This document shows positions 8,105 to 17,409 of a stretch of 64,000 nt of DNA, one piece after another. The position numbers and the translations under genes were made by a program. Under the pieces are notes generated by a model. The model was not told the origin of the DNA and ran no database searches. It saw nothing but the letters and a program-made list of their open reading frames with translations. The stretch covers positions 1 through 64,000 of the forward strand of contig JABCTZ010000046.1 of the NCBI GenBank assembly GCA_018238155.1. The letters are read 5' to 3'. This stretch comes from Candidatus Heimdallarchaeota archaeon (GTDB lineage: Archaea; Asgardarchaeota; Heimdallarchaeia; JABLTI01). Position 1 is the first letter of the stretch; each line of letters begins with the position of its first letter.

Positions 8105-11100
8105 TTAGAGATGGTGTTTCCTTAAGATATCGATTAATTCATGATTCAATGGGTAAAGAATGAATAATAAATCATATTCAATTGTTTTTTTAGGTGGAAT
8201 AATTATTTTGCTGATTGAATTTACGGAGTTTGATAATTCTCCATCATCACTAATACTCAAATAAATATCATCTCTATCAGGTCCAACGATTGCTAGAGCT
8301 AATTTTGATTCTCTATCAACAAAAACAGCCCATTTGTCTTCTTGTTTCTGTATCCAAATTTCATTGAAATAGTTGTGTTTTATAAGTTGATCATTTTGGA
8401 TAAAAAATAAATCATTATCCACCCGTTTTGATACTGCTAAGTTGGAGTCAAATCCACCTCTAAACAACAAATGAGCTTCTGAGCTATTTATCAATCTGAA
8501 AGTTGCCCTAAGGATATTTGATTTTGGAAGTGTAGTATAATCCACTTCCAATCTTAAGCCATGGTATCTGTCTTTAGTCTTAAGTTCTGAGTAGAATCTA
8601 ATGCCTTTTTCGTTTCCTTTCGTAAGAAGCTCAGATTCAAATTTCTCCAAATGAGTTATGGAACCCCAACCTGAAGGATTGCCGATTATTGGTACAATAC
8701 CACCTATCCAATCACTTTCCCAAACAAATGGTTTTACTTTTGGCCAGGAAGACAATAAATTATTCTCCTTAACAATTGATGGTATTTCTAAGGAAACTAT
8801 GGAACCAAAATGATCTTTGGAAGCTTTGAAAACGATTTTCCCATTTGATACTTCTACTAATTCTTTTCCTTCTTCCGTTTGCACTTTATTTCGTTTTACT
8901 TTTTGATCTTTATTTAGTACTTGAACAAGAAATGGTAAACTGATGCTCATATCAAGTAAAATAATTTTTACATCTATTGAATGAATTCGTCCTTGTGAAG
9001 TTTCTTGTGCAAGAATTTTTTGCGCGCAATGATAAGGTTGTTTTTCTGATAATTCATCCACCTCTTCTTCAAAGAGATGTAATCCGTTTTCAAAGGTTAA
9101 ACCCTTAGGTAAACAAATGTGTATTTTTCCTTTTATTTTTCTCCGAGTATTGTTGTGAATTGTCAATTTTAGCGTATCATCAAAATTTAATGGAAGAATA
9201 TCAAAATAGGTTTGCTTACCGAAAGTGTCTGATTCAACCTCTACGAACAATTCATCAATAGTTTTATTTTTTTGTTTATTGGTAGAAATACTTGTTGAAA
9301 ATTTCTTTTCAACGGTATCCTTCCAGATTTTCCGAATATCTGTCCAAGAACCTCTTCCAAGATAGTAATAATATTTACCTTCTTTCGATTCTCCGGGAGC
9401 AATATCACCAAATTGAAATTCCAATTGAGGGATATTCAATGCTCGAGTTTCTATTTTAGTGACAAAATCTTTATGCCAAATGAAACCAAATAATTGACTT
9501 TTAGATAATTCAGCACTGATCCAATTTTCAGCAAAATCTTGTGCTTTTTCCGGGAAATGTCTTGTACTTTTGAATACTAACGAATTGCTTGTTCTTAAAA
9601 TTCCTTTTGAAAGTGGGAAATATGTTATTCCTTCTGTATCGATATTATCCCAATCATCATTTAGTACACGTAATCCGATATTTTTGACTTTTTGATTAGA
9701 AATATTTATTGCTTTTACAGATGCTTCGATTAGATCTGAATTTGTTCGCAAAGTAAAACTTCTTTTAATGTGTATACCATTTTTTTCTTTTGATTTTACA
9801 AGTAATTCCAAGGTAACTTTCCCTACACCTTGAACAATTTTTGCTTCTTGTGACAATCTTCCGAGTTCTGAGCCCCAACCAATAAATGGTAATCCCAGGT
9901 CTAACCATGAAGTTTTCAATGAAAACATTCGATTGTTCCTTTTATCAGTTACACTATGAAATAAATAAGCATCAGCTAAAGTGAATTTTAGTCTAAGATT
10001 ATTATTTTCCAATATTGCATATTTACCTTTCAGACAATAACCAGTACAATTCAAACCTATACCGAGAGGATCAATAATAGGTAAATAGATTGTTTCTTCA
10101 GGTAATTTTACACTTCTTTCTTTTTCATCAATGAATATATTTAGCTTTAATGAAACATTCTTATCAGAAATGTTCTCTAAAGCAGTGAAACTAAGATTAA
10201 TATCCTTTTTTTCATTTGCATTTAATAAGATTGGAATTTTGTTAGATTCAAAACTAATGTTAGGGTTTTCAGAAAGAACCACAGAACCTTTAATTTTACT
10301 GAATGTTCTATTCCAAGCACGCAAATTAATCGTTGATTTTTCTCCAGGTATGATTGAACGTAATTGTGGATATAACTCAATTTCTAAAGGATCGACAGGA
10401 GCTAAACCTACAGCTAAATCAATTTCTTCCTCATTGAAATGAATTATTGACTCGATTCTTGGTTTTACTCGAGTATGAGAATCTTTTGGATTAGCCAGAG
10501 GAGTTACGGTTTCATCTAAAATCGCAAATGCTTGAATTATTGTAGTTTTACCTGATTTCACAATGATTTGTCTTTCAGGTTCAGATTCAAATGTCATTCC
10601 GTTGAGACAGTTTGTCTTCAATGTGAATGTAATATCATTCTCAGTTTCATTTAGAAAAGTCCAAGATACAGGAACCTTGTCAAAAGCAACAAACCCCACA
10701 CTATTTTTTATTAGACATTTTATACCAATTCTACCTTCAGGAGATTTTAATTCGAATCCCGAGATTTTTTTAGCTTTTGTATCGATAATAACCTTTAGTG
10801 AATTTTTTTCATCTGCTTCAAAATAGTAATTGTAAACAGACATATCGTCTATTAACTCAATATCAGGAGCTAAATCCAATGTCCGCATAAAGGTTTCATA
10901 CCAGCTGTGTTTATCAAAATAACTCTGAAACAACTTTCGTCGAAAAATTCCTGGAAGATAATTCTCCATATAGACCGAGGATTCTGGTGCCCAAAAGAAG
11001 CCGGTCTTTTTGTAGAGAGGCATGGCTTTAAGATTGCCGCCCCAAGTATGAAGAGTGATAATATCTTTTTCTAGTTCTAAGGCACGAAAAGTTGCATGTA

Positions 11101-11449
11101 TTAGAAGGGTTTTGCCTATTTTTTTCCCTTGGTATTCTGGGTCTACTCCAAGTAAACCAATATACACAGTATCTTCTTCGTTGAAATGGTTTATGACATC
11201 ACAATGACCAACGATCTTTCCATCAGTAATTGCAACAAATTTAGAGAGAGGAGAGACCCTTTCCAATTCCTCAAGAAGTCTTTCACCGATAAATGGATCA
11301 CCATGTCCAAATCCACCCGGCCATGATTCGGGATCATCCCAGGTATTGAAGCAATCTGCCAGCATTTGAGCATCTGATTGATTTTTCTGAAACTCTCTTA
11401 TAGAAAAGTTAAATTCTTCTTGAGCTTTCTTTATCATTTCTTTGGACAT
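8105..11449 (-). CDS. Large GNAT-family N-acetyltransferase with extended beta-rich C-terminal domains
   Basis: LLGVDPEYQGKKIGKTLL (motif A) and LHTWGGNLKAMPLYKKTGFFW (motif B); GAGG SD before ATG 11449. Confidence 0.85.
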   Translation of the reverse strand: MSKEMIKKAQEEFNFSIREFQKNQSDAQMLADCFNTWDDPESWPGGFGHGDPFIGERLLEELERVSPLSKFVAITDGKIVGHCDVINHFNEEDTVYIGLLGVDPEYQGKKIGKTLLIHATFRALELEKDIITLHTWGGNLKAMPLYKKTGFFWAPESSVYMENYLPGIFRRKLFQSYFDKHSWYETFMRTLDLAPDIELIDDMSVYNYYFEADEKNSLKVIIDTKAKKISGFELKSPEGRIGIKCLIKNSVGFVAFDKVPVSWTFLNETENDITFTLKTNCLNGMTFESEPERQIIVKSGKTTIIQAFAILDETVTPLANPKDSHTRVKPRIESIIHFNEEEIDLAVGLAPVDPLEIELYPQLRSIIPGEKSTINLRAWNRTFSKIKGSVVLSENPNISFESNKIPILLNANEKKDINLSFTALENISDKNVSLKLNIFIDEKERSVKLPEETIYLPIIDPLGIGLNCTGYCLKGKYAILENNNLRLKFTLADAYLFHSVTDKRNNRMFSLKTSWLDLGLPFIGWGSELGRLSQEAKIVQGVGKVTLELLVKSKEKNGIHIKRSFTLRTNSDLIEASVKAINISNQKVKNIGLRVLNDDWDNIDTEGITYFPLSKGILRTSNSLVFKSTRHFPEKAQDFAENWISAELSKSQLFGFIWHKDFVTKIETRALNIPQLEFQFGDIAPGESKEGKYYYYLGRGSWTDIRKIWKDTVEKKFSTSISTNKQKNKTIDELFVEVESDTFGKQTYFDILPLNFDDTLKLTIHNNTRRKIKGKIHICLPKGLTFENGLHLFEEEVDELSEKQPYHCAQKILAQETSQGRIHSIDVKIILLDMSISLPFLVQVLNKDQKVKRNKVQTEEGKELVEVSNGKIVFKASKDHFGSIVSLEIPSIVKENNLLSSWPKVKPFVWESDWIGGIVPIIGNPSGWGSITHLEKFESELLTKGNEKGIRFYSELKTKDRYHGLRLEVDYTTLPKSNILRATFRLINSSEAHLLFRGGFDSNLAVSKRVDNDLFFIQNDQLIKHNYFNEIWIQKQEDKWAVFVDRESKLALAIVGPDRDDIYLSISDDGELSNSVNSISKIIIPPKKTIEYDLLFILYPLNHELIDILRKHHL

Positions 11450-11799
11450 CTGATTTTTCCTCAACCTTTATGTTACAATAATTTTAACTAAATCTGTCAA
11501 AATGTTAATGAAAAATTTTCTACTTTCAAATTTTACTTACATTAAGAATATATATTTTACTGAACTAGTGTGAAAAAAGAGAGAAAAGTAGAGATTATCT
11601 TGCAATTACAATATGGTATATATATACTTGAAGCTTTTTTTAGAAAAAAGTTAAAAATTGTAGATTGACACAATCCTTTTTTTCTTTTCCTATATTTAAA
11701 ATTGATAAATTAAATTACAAATGTTTATAAGATTCTTCAACTAAAATTAATTAGTAAGAACGTTTGTTCAATTATGGCGTGGAACAGAGAAAAGTTTAG

Positions 11800-13857
11800 T
11801 TGGTGGAATTTATTACTGTTAGAGATAAAGTCAATGCAGAAGAAAGTGAAACTCTTCCTCCGATTGGTGAAGAATTAATTAGTAAACTTATGGCGAATTC
11901 AGATTTTGATTTTGAATTAGATGTTCATAGAGAACATTTCATTCGAAATAGTCTTTTCCTCGTTTTGTTTGGTATAATTGCAGGTGGAATACTTGGAACA
12001 ATATTTTATTTTATACTCGAATATACCAATATTATTAATCAATATGCGATTCTAGGAATAGGTGCTGGTGTTGGTCTTGCATTTGGCATTGTTATTGGAA
12101 TTTGTCTAATTATCGCTTTAAAAGCACAAATTGTTCCTGATTTTGGCTCTAGCTATGGTATTGGATTTGGAACAAATATTTTCATAGGAGCAGTTATTGG
12201 AATGGTTACTGGTGCCATTATTGGATCTCTTTTTGGGTTAATCCTTAAAGCAACAGGCTATATCATCTATACCGATCTCTCCTACCCTGTTTATGGGATG
12301 TTAATTTGGATTGTTTTAGGATTAAATATTGGTGTTTTAATTGGGCTGATTACGAGTTTTGGTTCAATAGATATTATTGTAGGAGGAGCGATTGCAGGTT
12401 GTATTGTTGGTCCTTTAGGTTCGCTTGCAATTTTTGGTCCAAATTGGATTGTTGTTGGAGGAGTGGCAGTAGGTCTTGTTGTAGGGGCAGTTATTGGTGT
12501 CTTTTCAAAATATAGTATTAGAGCAAGTATGGGATCAATTTCACAACCACTGTGTAATCCTAGTGAGCTTGGAGATAAAATAAAAAATGATATTGATGAA
12601 AGTATAAGAAAATCAACTAGGAGGAGAAGACGAAGCAGATATTATAATAGATATAGTAACTCCTGTTTTGGACCAACTTATACAACATCATATGCATGTC
12701 ACGATTCTGATGATTCAGATGATTGCGGAGGAGATAGAGACGGAGGAGGAAGTTGTGCTCAAGCATTAGTTCCTTTGATTTTATTAATTTTATTAGCCGG
12801 AGTAGTAATAGTGCTAATTTCTTTCATCTCATGGGTTTCTGTTAAAGCAAGTACGAAATTTGGAGGAGTAGTTAAAAAAGGAGCATTAACAGCTTTTGGT
12901 TCTAGTGCATCTATACTATTGATTATCGGATGTAATATCGGATTAACTGCTTCATTCCATAACTTGGAAATTTATTATTTAATTATAATTGGAGCAAGTA
13001 TAGCTATGCTAATTGGATTATTGCTTTTCGGAGGTCAAGCATTGTCGATTAAATCAACTTCACTAAATATCACTCCGAGAACATTAAAATGGAAAGATGG
13101 AACATCACAAGGACTAATCAATTTCTATAATGTCGAAAGCTATAATTTTGTCGTTCTATTAGATGATCAAGAAAATGTTCCCGAATATGATGGGCACATA
13201 AAACTCAATCTAAGTAATGGAACATCAAGAAAAGTTCACATTAGCTGTTGGAAAACACCAGGTAAAACAGGATCATCCAGATATTTACAGACTATCCTTC
13301 AACATTATCTTGTACAAGTTGCAGAAATCAAAGTTCAACAAAAAGCAAGAAGTGACAAAATTAAAAGTACAACCATTCTACAAGAAAGCGATAAACCAAG
13401 AAGAAGAACATATCGTGAAAGCATTGAAGATGGCAAAATTCAAGCAAGAGAAAAAAGAGAAACAGAATTGAGAAAGCGAGTAAGTGAAAAAGAAATCAAT
13501 GCAATAAAGGATTTAGTAGATGATCGAGACAAAATGAGTGCCAATTGGATCAGCAGAGTAACACAGATACCTGAAAACCGTGTTATTGATATTGCTACAA
13601 TGATTTTAGATAAAGAGTACAAAAATGGTTTCATTGTTTCAGCTAAGCAACTCGAAAAATCAAAAGTTAGAACTAAATTTAGTAAAAAGCAAATTCATAA
13701 GGTTAAAGATATTGTCGATGCTCGCAAAAAAATAAGTGTTGCTTATTTAAGCAAAGTAACTGGATTAACTAAGAATCAGGTAATCAAGATTGCTACTGAA
13801 CATTTAGATAAACTTGTGGTTAAGGGATATATCATCTCTAATGATATTTTCGAGTAA
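11800..13857 (+). CDS. Multi-pass membrane protein with Gly-zipper helices, Arg/Cys-rich loop and two C-terminal winged-helix-like repeats
   Basis: About 9 hydrophobic GxxxG-rich helices; RRRRRSR and Cys/Asp/Gly segment; duplicated C-terminal unit KD.VD.R.K.S....S.VT......VI.IAT..LDK....G.I.S. Confidence 0.75.
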   Translation: MVEFITVRDKVNAEESETLPPIGEELISKLMANSDFDFELDVHREHFIRNSLFLVLFGIIAGGILGTIFYFILEYTNIINQYAILGIGAGVGLAFGIVIGICLIIALKAQIVPDFGSSYGIGFGTNIFIGAVIGMVTGAIIGSLFGLILKATGYIIYTDLSYPVYGMLIWIVLGLNIGVLIGLITSFGSIDIIVGGAIAGCIVGPLGSLAIFGPNWIVVGGVAVGLVVGAVIGVFSKYSIRASMGSISQPLCNPSELGDKIKNDIDESIRKSTRRRRRSRYYNRYSNSCFGPTYTTSYACHDSDDSDDCGGDRDGGGSCAQALVPLILLILLAGVVIVLISFISWVSVKASTKFGGVVKKGALTAFGSSASILLIIGCNIGLTASFHNLEIYYLIIIGASIAMLIGLLLFGGQALSIKSTSLNITPRTLKWKDGTSQGLINFYNVESYNFVVLLDDQENVPEYDGHIKLNLSNGTSRKVHISCWKTPGKTGSSRYLQTILQHYLVQVAEIKVQQKARSDKIKSTTILQESDKPRRRTYRESIEDGKIQAREKRETELRKRVSEKEINAIKDLVDDRDKMSANWISRVTQIPENRVIDIATMILDKEYKNGFIVSAKQLEKSKVRTKFSKKQIHKVKDIVDARKKISVAYLSKVTGLTKNQVIKIATEHLDKLVVKGYIISNDIFE

Positions 13858-13862
13858 ATATT

Positions 13863-13897
13863 GATGGATGTGAAATGTCCATCTGTAAGTTTTTTTT
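13863..13897 (+). terminator. Hairpin plus U-tract terminator candidate
   Basis: GATGGA-N9-TCCATC directly after stop 13857, then an 8-T run. Confidence 0.5.
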
Positions 13898-13976
13898 CAT
13901 CTATCAAAAATATTAATATCTCCAAAAGGAGTAAGTTAATACCTTATTTCAGTCAACCATAATGGAATGTTGAAAT

Positions 13977-14987
13977 TTGTCTAACTTTGAGGATTTAAAT
14001 AACCATTTGCGTAATTTTCAAGAAACGATTTTACTTGAATCTGATTTTGCACGTGTACTCATTGTTCTTAATGCCGGTAGGGTATTAGCTGTTAGTTTAG
14101 GAGGGTCGGATAATCTTCTCTGGGTTCATCCGAAACCTCAACAGTGTGGTATGAGTGATAACTGGAATTTAGGTGGGATTAGAACTTGGATTTCTCCTGA
14201 AAGAGATTATTTCTATAAAAATCCTAATGATTTTAACGAATGGTTCTGCCCCATAGGTATTGATCCTGCTTCTTACAAAGTAGTTTCAAAAAACAATACT
14301 TCTTTGGTATTGATTTCTGATATAGAAGTGAAGAATAATACTACAGGTGAAATTTTAAAAGGCATTCTTACAAAAAGGATTGAATTAGTTTCAACGAATG
14401 AAGATAACAATATTCGTAAAGCTAAAATTCGTATACATGATATTTTACAAATTCACAATAATCATACATCTGTGGCTTTATGGTCTATTCTTCAAGTTCC
14501 AACAAATGAGTCAAAAGAAAGTAAAGTGCAATTACCAATTAATGTTGCCAATGCAATTTCTTATTTTGATCCTATCCCAGAAGAATATTTAATCTACAAT
14601 GATAATAGCATCGATTTTATTCTTGATGGAAAAAAGGAGCTGAAATTGGGTATTCCCCCCGAGGATTTTTCGGATCAAACAAAAATAGCTTTTTCTTATT
14701 CTTACAAAGTAGATGGTAAAAATGCTTGCATTACAGTTAGCTCTAACACAAATGCTTCTAACCAAGAGGAATGCTTGGATGTAGCGAAATCTTCACCAAA
14801 TGGTTTGAAGGGTGTTATCCAATTTTATAACTCTGATGTAAATAAATCAGGCTTGAAATATGGTGAGTTAGAAATTCATAGTAAACCGTCAAAGTATATC
14901 AATGGAATTTTAACTACTGAAAGCACCATTTCAATAAATTTCTCTTTAGAGAAGAATTCTAGAGCTGTGAATCAAAGTAAGCCTTAA
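13977..14987 (+). CDS. Conserved hypothetical protein (DUF6786-like, beta-sandwich)
   Basis: GRVLAV...NLLWVHP...WNLGGIRTWISPE motif; YGELEIHS near the C-terminus. Confidence 0.55.
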   Translation: MSNFEDLNNHLRNFQETILLESDFARVLIVLNAGRVLAVSLGGSDNLLWVHPKPQQCGMSDNWNLGGIRTWISPERDYFYKNPNDFNEWFCPIGIDPASYKVVSKNNTSLVLISDIEVKNNTTGEILKGILTKRIELVSTNEDNNIRKAKIRIHDILQIHNNHTSVALWSILQVPTNESKESKVQLPINVANAISYFDPIPEEYLIYNDNSIDFILDGKKELKLGIPPEDFSDQTKIAFSYSYKVDGKNACITVSSNTNASNQEECLDVAKSSPNGLKGVIQFYNSDVNKSGLKYGELEIHSKPSKYINGILTTESTISINFSLEKNSRAVNQSKP

Positions 14988-15001
14988 AAAAAATGGCAAT
15001 A

Positions 15002-16174
15002 TCATTTCAGAGCTAGATTTATTTTCTCCATCACAGAATCAACCATAAAATCTTTGGTGTTCTTCCATTTTTTCTTATTTACATCAAATGTTTGATCCCA
15101 TAAGGCATAATTCTTCGAAAATAGATGATCAATAGCAAAGAGATTATGTTGAGGGCATATTTTAAGCATGAAATCATTTAACTCAGAAAGATGTTTTGGT
15201 GGAGCTCGCACATACCATAGAAAACCATTTTCAGCAATAGTAAAGAGTCCGGAAAAAGGGAATATGGGATTTTCTTCTTGGTCTATTGGAATTTTATTTG
15301 CTATTGAATAAGCATATTGCTCTTGGTTTTTATATAGATAATTTCGGAGCTTTCTAGCAATATCAACACCACATTTTCCTCGAAAGATAACTGTTTGATA
15401 AAGATCAAAGGCAGAGTGATTTAAAGAGAGTCGATAATTTGTGATAGCTTTCTCTCTAAGAAAAGCTACTCTTCTGCTAATCTTTTGTTTGATTCCAGTT
15501 TCATTTTTTATGTTAAGATTTTTCATCATTGTTGTATTCTTTCTCTTTCCGTCCATGGTTAGCTGAGATAACAATTGAATATCTAGTTCAGTTAACTCAT
15601 CTAGAATTTCACTTGAAATCGGTCCATTATTTATTGATCTAGTGTCATTCTTTTGATAACCTTCCCTCCAGTTTCTCCAATTGAAAATCCATGTATGAGT
15701 TTTGGAATTCCAACTGCTAATTACAGATTCAATATAAACATTTTTTTCACCTCTATCTCGACCTATATATTCGTAATGTTGAATTATCCCTTTATTCCCC
15801 AGTAATTCAGCAATCTCTTTTAGATACTTTAACCCTCCTTTGGGAGTTCTAAATTGAATATAAAGACCTGAGTTATAACCAATAAACCGACCTCTATAAA
15901 TAACATAAGGGTGATAATAACAGAATACTTCTTCTAAAAGCTTCTGTGATTCACTTGAATGTATTACAAAAAAGAAATCATGTATTTCCAAACCAAGTGC
16001 ATCTAAATTCAAATCAGCAATTACACTTTGAAAAACATTCATTTCATCTAGGAGTCGATTAATTCTATCAATAGTACCAGAAATGCTCATATCAATTTTT
16101 TCTGCAATTAAACTTGCAGTTGCTAAAGGATTTAATTGAATAGTAAGTAATATTTCAATATCTTTGCTATCCAT
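15002..16174 (-). CDS. Lrp/AsnC-like transcriptional regulator with duplicated wHTH plus RAM-like modules
   Basis: MDSKDIEILLTIQLNP...IAEKIDMS and second unit LTELDIQLLSQLTMDGKR; both halves end in a W/F-x-x-x-x-x-x-W motif. Confidence 0.75.
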   Translation of the reverse strand: MDSKDIEILLTIQLNPLATASLIAEKIDMSISGTIDRINRLLDEMNVFQSVIADLNLDALGLEIHDFFFVIHSSESQKLLEEVFCYYHPYVIYRGRFIGYNSGLYIQFRTPKGGLKYLKEIAELLGNKGIIQHYEYIGRDRGEKNVYIESVISSWNSKTHTWIFNWRNWREGYQKNDTRSINNGPISSEILDELTELDIQLLSQLTMDGKRKNTTMMKNLNIKNETGIKQKISRRVAFLREKAITNYRLSLNHSAFDLYQTVIFRGKCGVDIARKLRNYLYKNQEQYAYSIANKIPIDQEENPIFPFSGLFTIAENGFLWYVRAPPKHLSELNDFMLKICPQHNLFAIDHLFSKNYALWDQTFDVNKKKWKNTKDFMVDSVMEKINLALK

Positions 16175-16250
16175 TATTTCTCACAGAACCTTATTTACAG
16201 TATATTATAATTTTTATTTAATTTCAAATCAGAGCTAATATACAAGTCAA

Positions 16251-16742
16251 TTATTGAACTAAAACCTCTATAGTTGGTTCTCCAGTCCCGGGTTTTTCAT
16301 GGGGAGGATCAAATGTAATATCTCCGTTTTGCATAACTATCAGACCATTATCCAGGAAGAAGAAACCTTCTATCTCAACATTATACCAACCAGATTCTGT
16401 GGCAGTGTTAAATGCGGTAATGATAAACGTAATACAATTATCGTCATCCATTTCAGCATTTACAACAATGAAAAAATGATGCACGAAACCGGTTGGAAGT
16501 GTAATATCAATTTTAAGATAAGAAATTATCAATCCATCGTAATCTGTAGAAATAGCTGCAATTATTCTTATATCATCTTCATTTCGATCTGAATCAAAAT
16601 CTCCATAGAAAGCATCATCTATTCTAAACTTGAAATAATCATAAGAAGTATCTGCTTTAGTGGAATAAACTTGTAAAATGCTCATACATATGATTATAAA
16701 CAAAAAAGAAATGGAAATAAATTTTTTACTGAAATTCTTCAT
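16251..16742 (-). CDS. Secreted hypothetical protein
   Basis: Signal peptide, DFDSDRNEDD acidic loop, beta-rich body; AGGAG SD upstream. Confidence 0.7.
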   Translation of the reverse strand: MKNFSKKFISISFLFIIICMSILQVYSTKADTSYDYFKFRIDDAFYGDFDSDRNEDDIRIIAAISTDYDGLIISYLKIDITLPTGFVHHFFIVVNAEMDDDNCITFIITAFNTATESGWYNVEIEGFFFLDNGLIVMQNGDITFDPPHEKPGTGEPTIEVLVQ

Positions 16743-16880
16743 TATAAAATCTCCTTTAAATATCAGTTACTATTTATGTCGTTATCGTATATATCTTTTT
16801 CAGTCTGCATTTATACTTTAATGAAAATAGTCCACAACAACCTTTGAGCGTGGAGAAAGAGTAGAGGATAAGAGATAGGT

Positions 16881-17135
16881 TCAGAAAACTAAATTGACTA
16901 ATTTTGGCCTAGATTCATATTGTTTTCGCGAAATTTTAGCTGTATGAATAACAATTTCTTTTCGATTATTATAAGAAACGGTTAAACCACAGTTTGGACA
17001 GCAAATGCTGATGTGTAGGATATATTCGGCATCCCTGTAATCTATGACAGGCGGCGTGGTCGAATTGCAAATAGCACAATCTGTTCCCCAATATTCTTGA
17101 ACCACAAATTCTATTTGTCTTCTTTTTTTTCCCAT
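16881..17135 (-). CDS. Small zinc-ribbon protein
   Basis: CAIC and CPNC pairs; GAGG SD before ATG 17135. Confidence 0.6.
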   Translation of the reverse strand: MGKKRRQIEFVVQEYWGTDCAICNSTTPPVIDYRDAEYILHISICCPNCGLTVSYNNRKEIVIHTAKISRKQYESRPKLVNLVF

Positions 17136-17409
17136 CCGTCTTATCCTCAAGATGTATAAGATTTTATGTTTTCACAGTACATTCTGATTCTTATTCTGAA
17201 GGAACTTCAGAAAAAACAATCTAGTAATATACAATATTTTGATATTATCTTTGTTTAAAAACTTTACCTACTTTTCAGTTTGTTTATATACTAAACTGTA
17301 AAAAGTCCATTTCGAATAGAAGTTTTTTTACACGATATCTGAAAGAAAGGAATATACGTTTTGGGATCAGCGAATCTTTTCTGAAAAACTCTAAGAAAAT
17401 AGTAATGAA

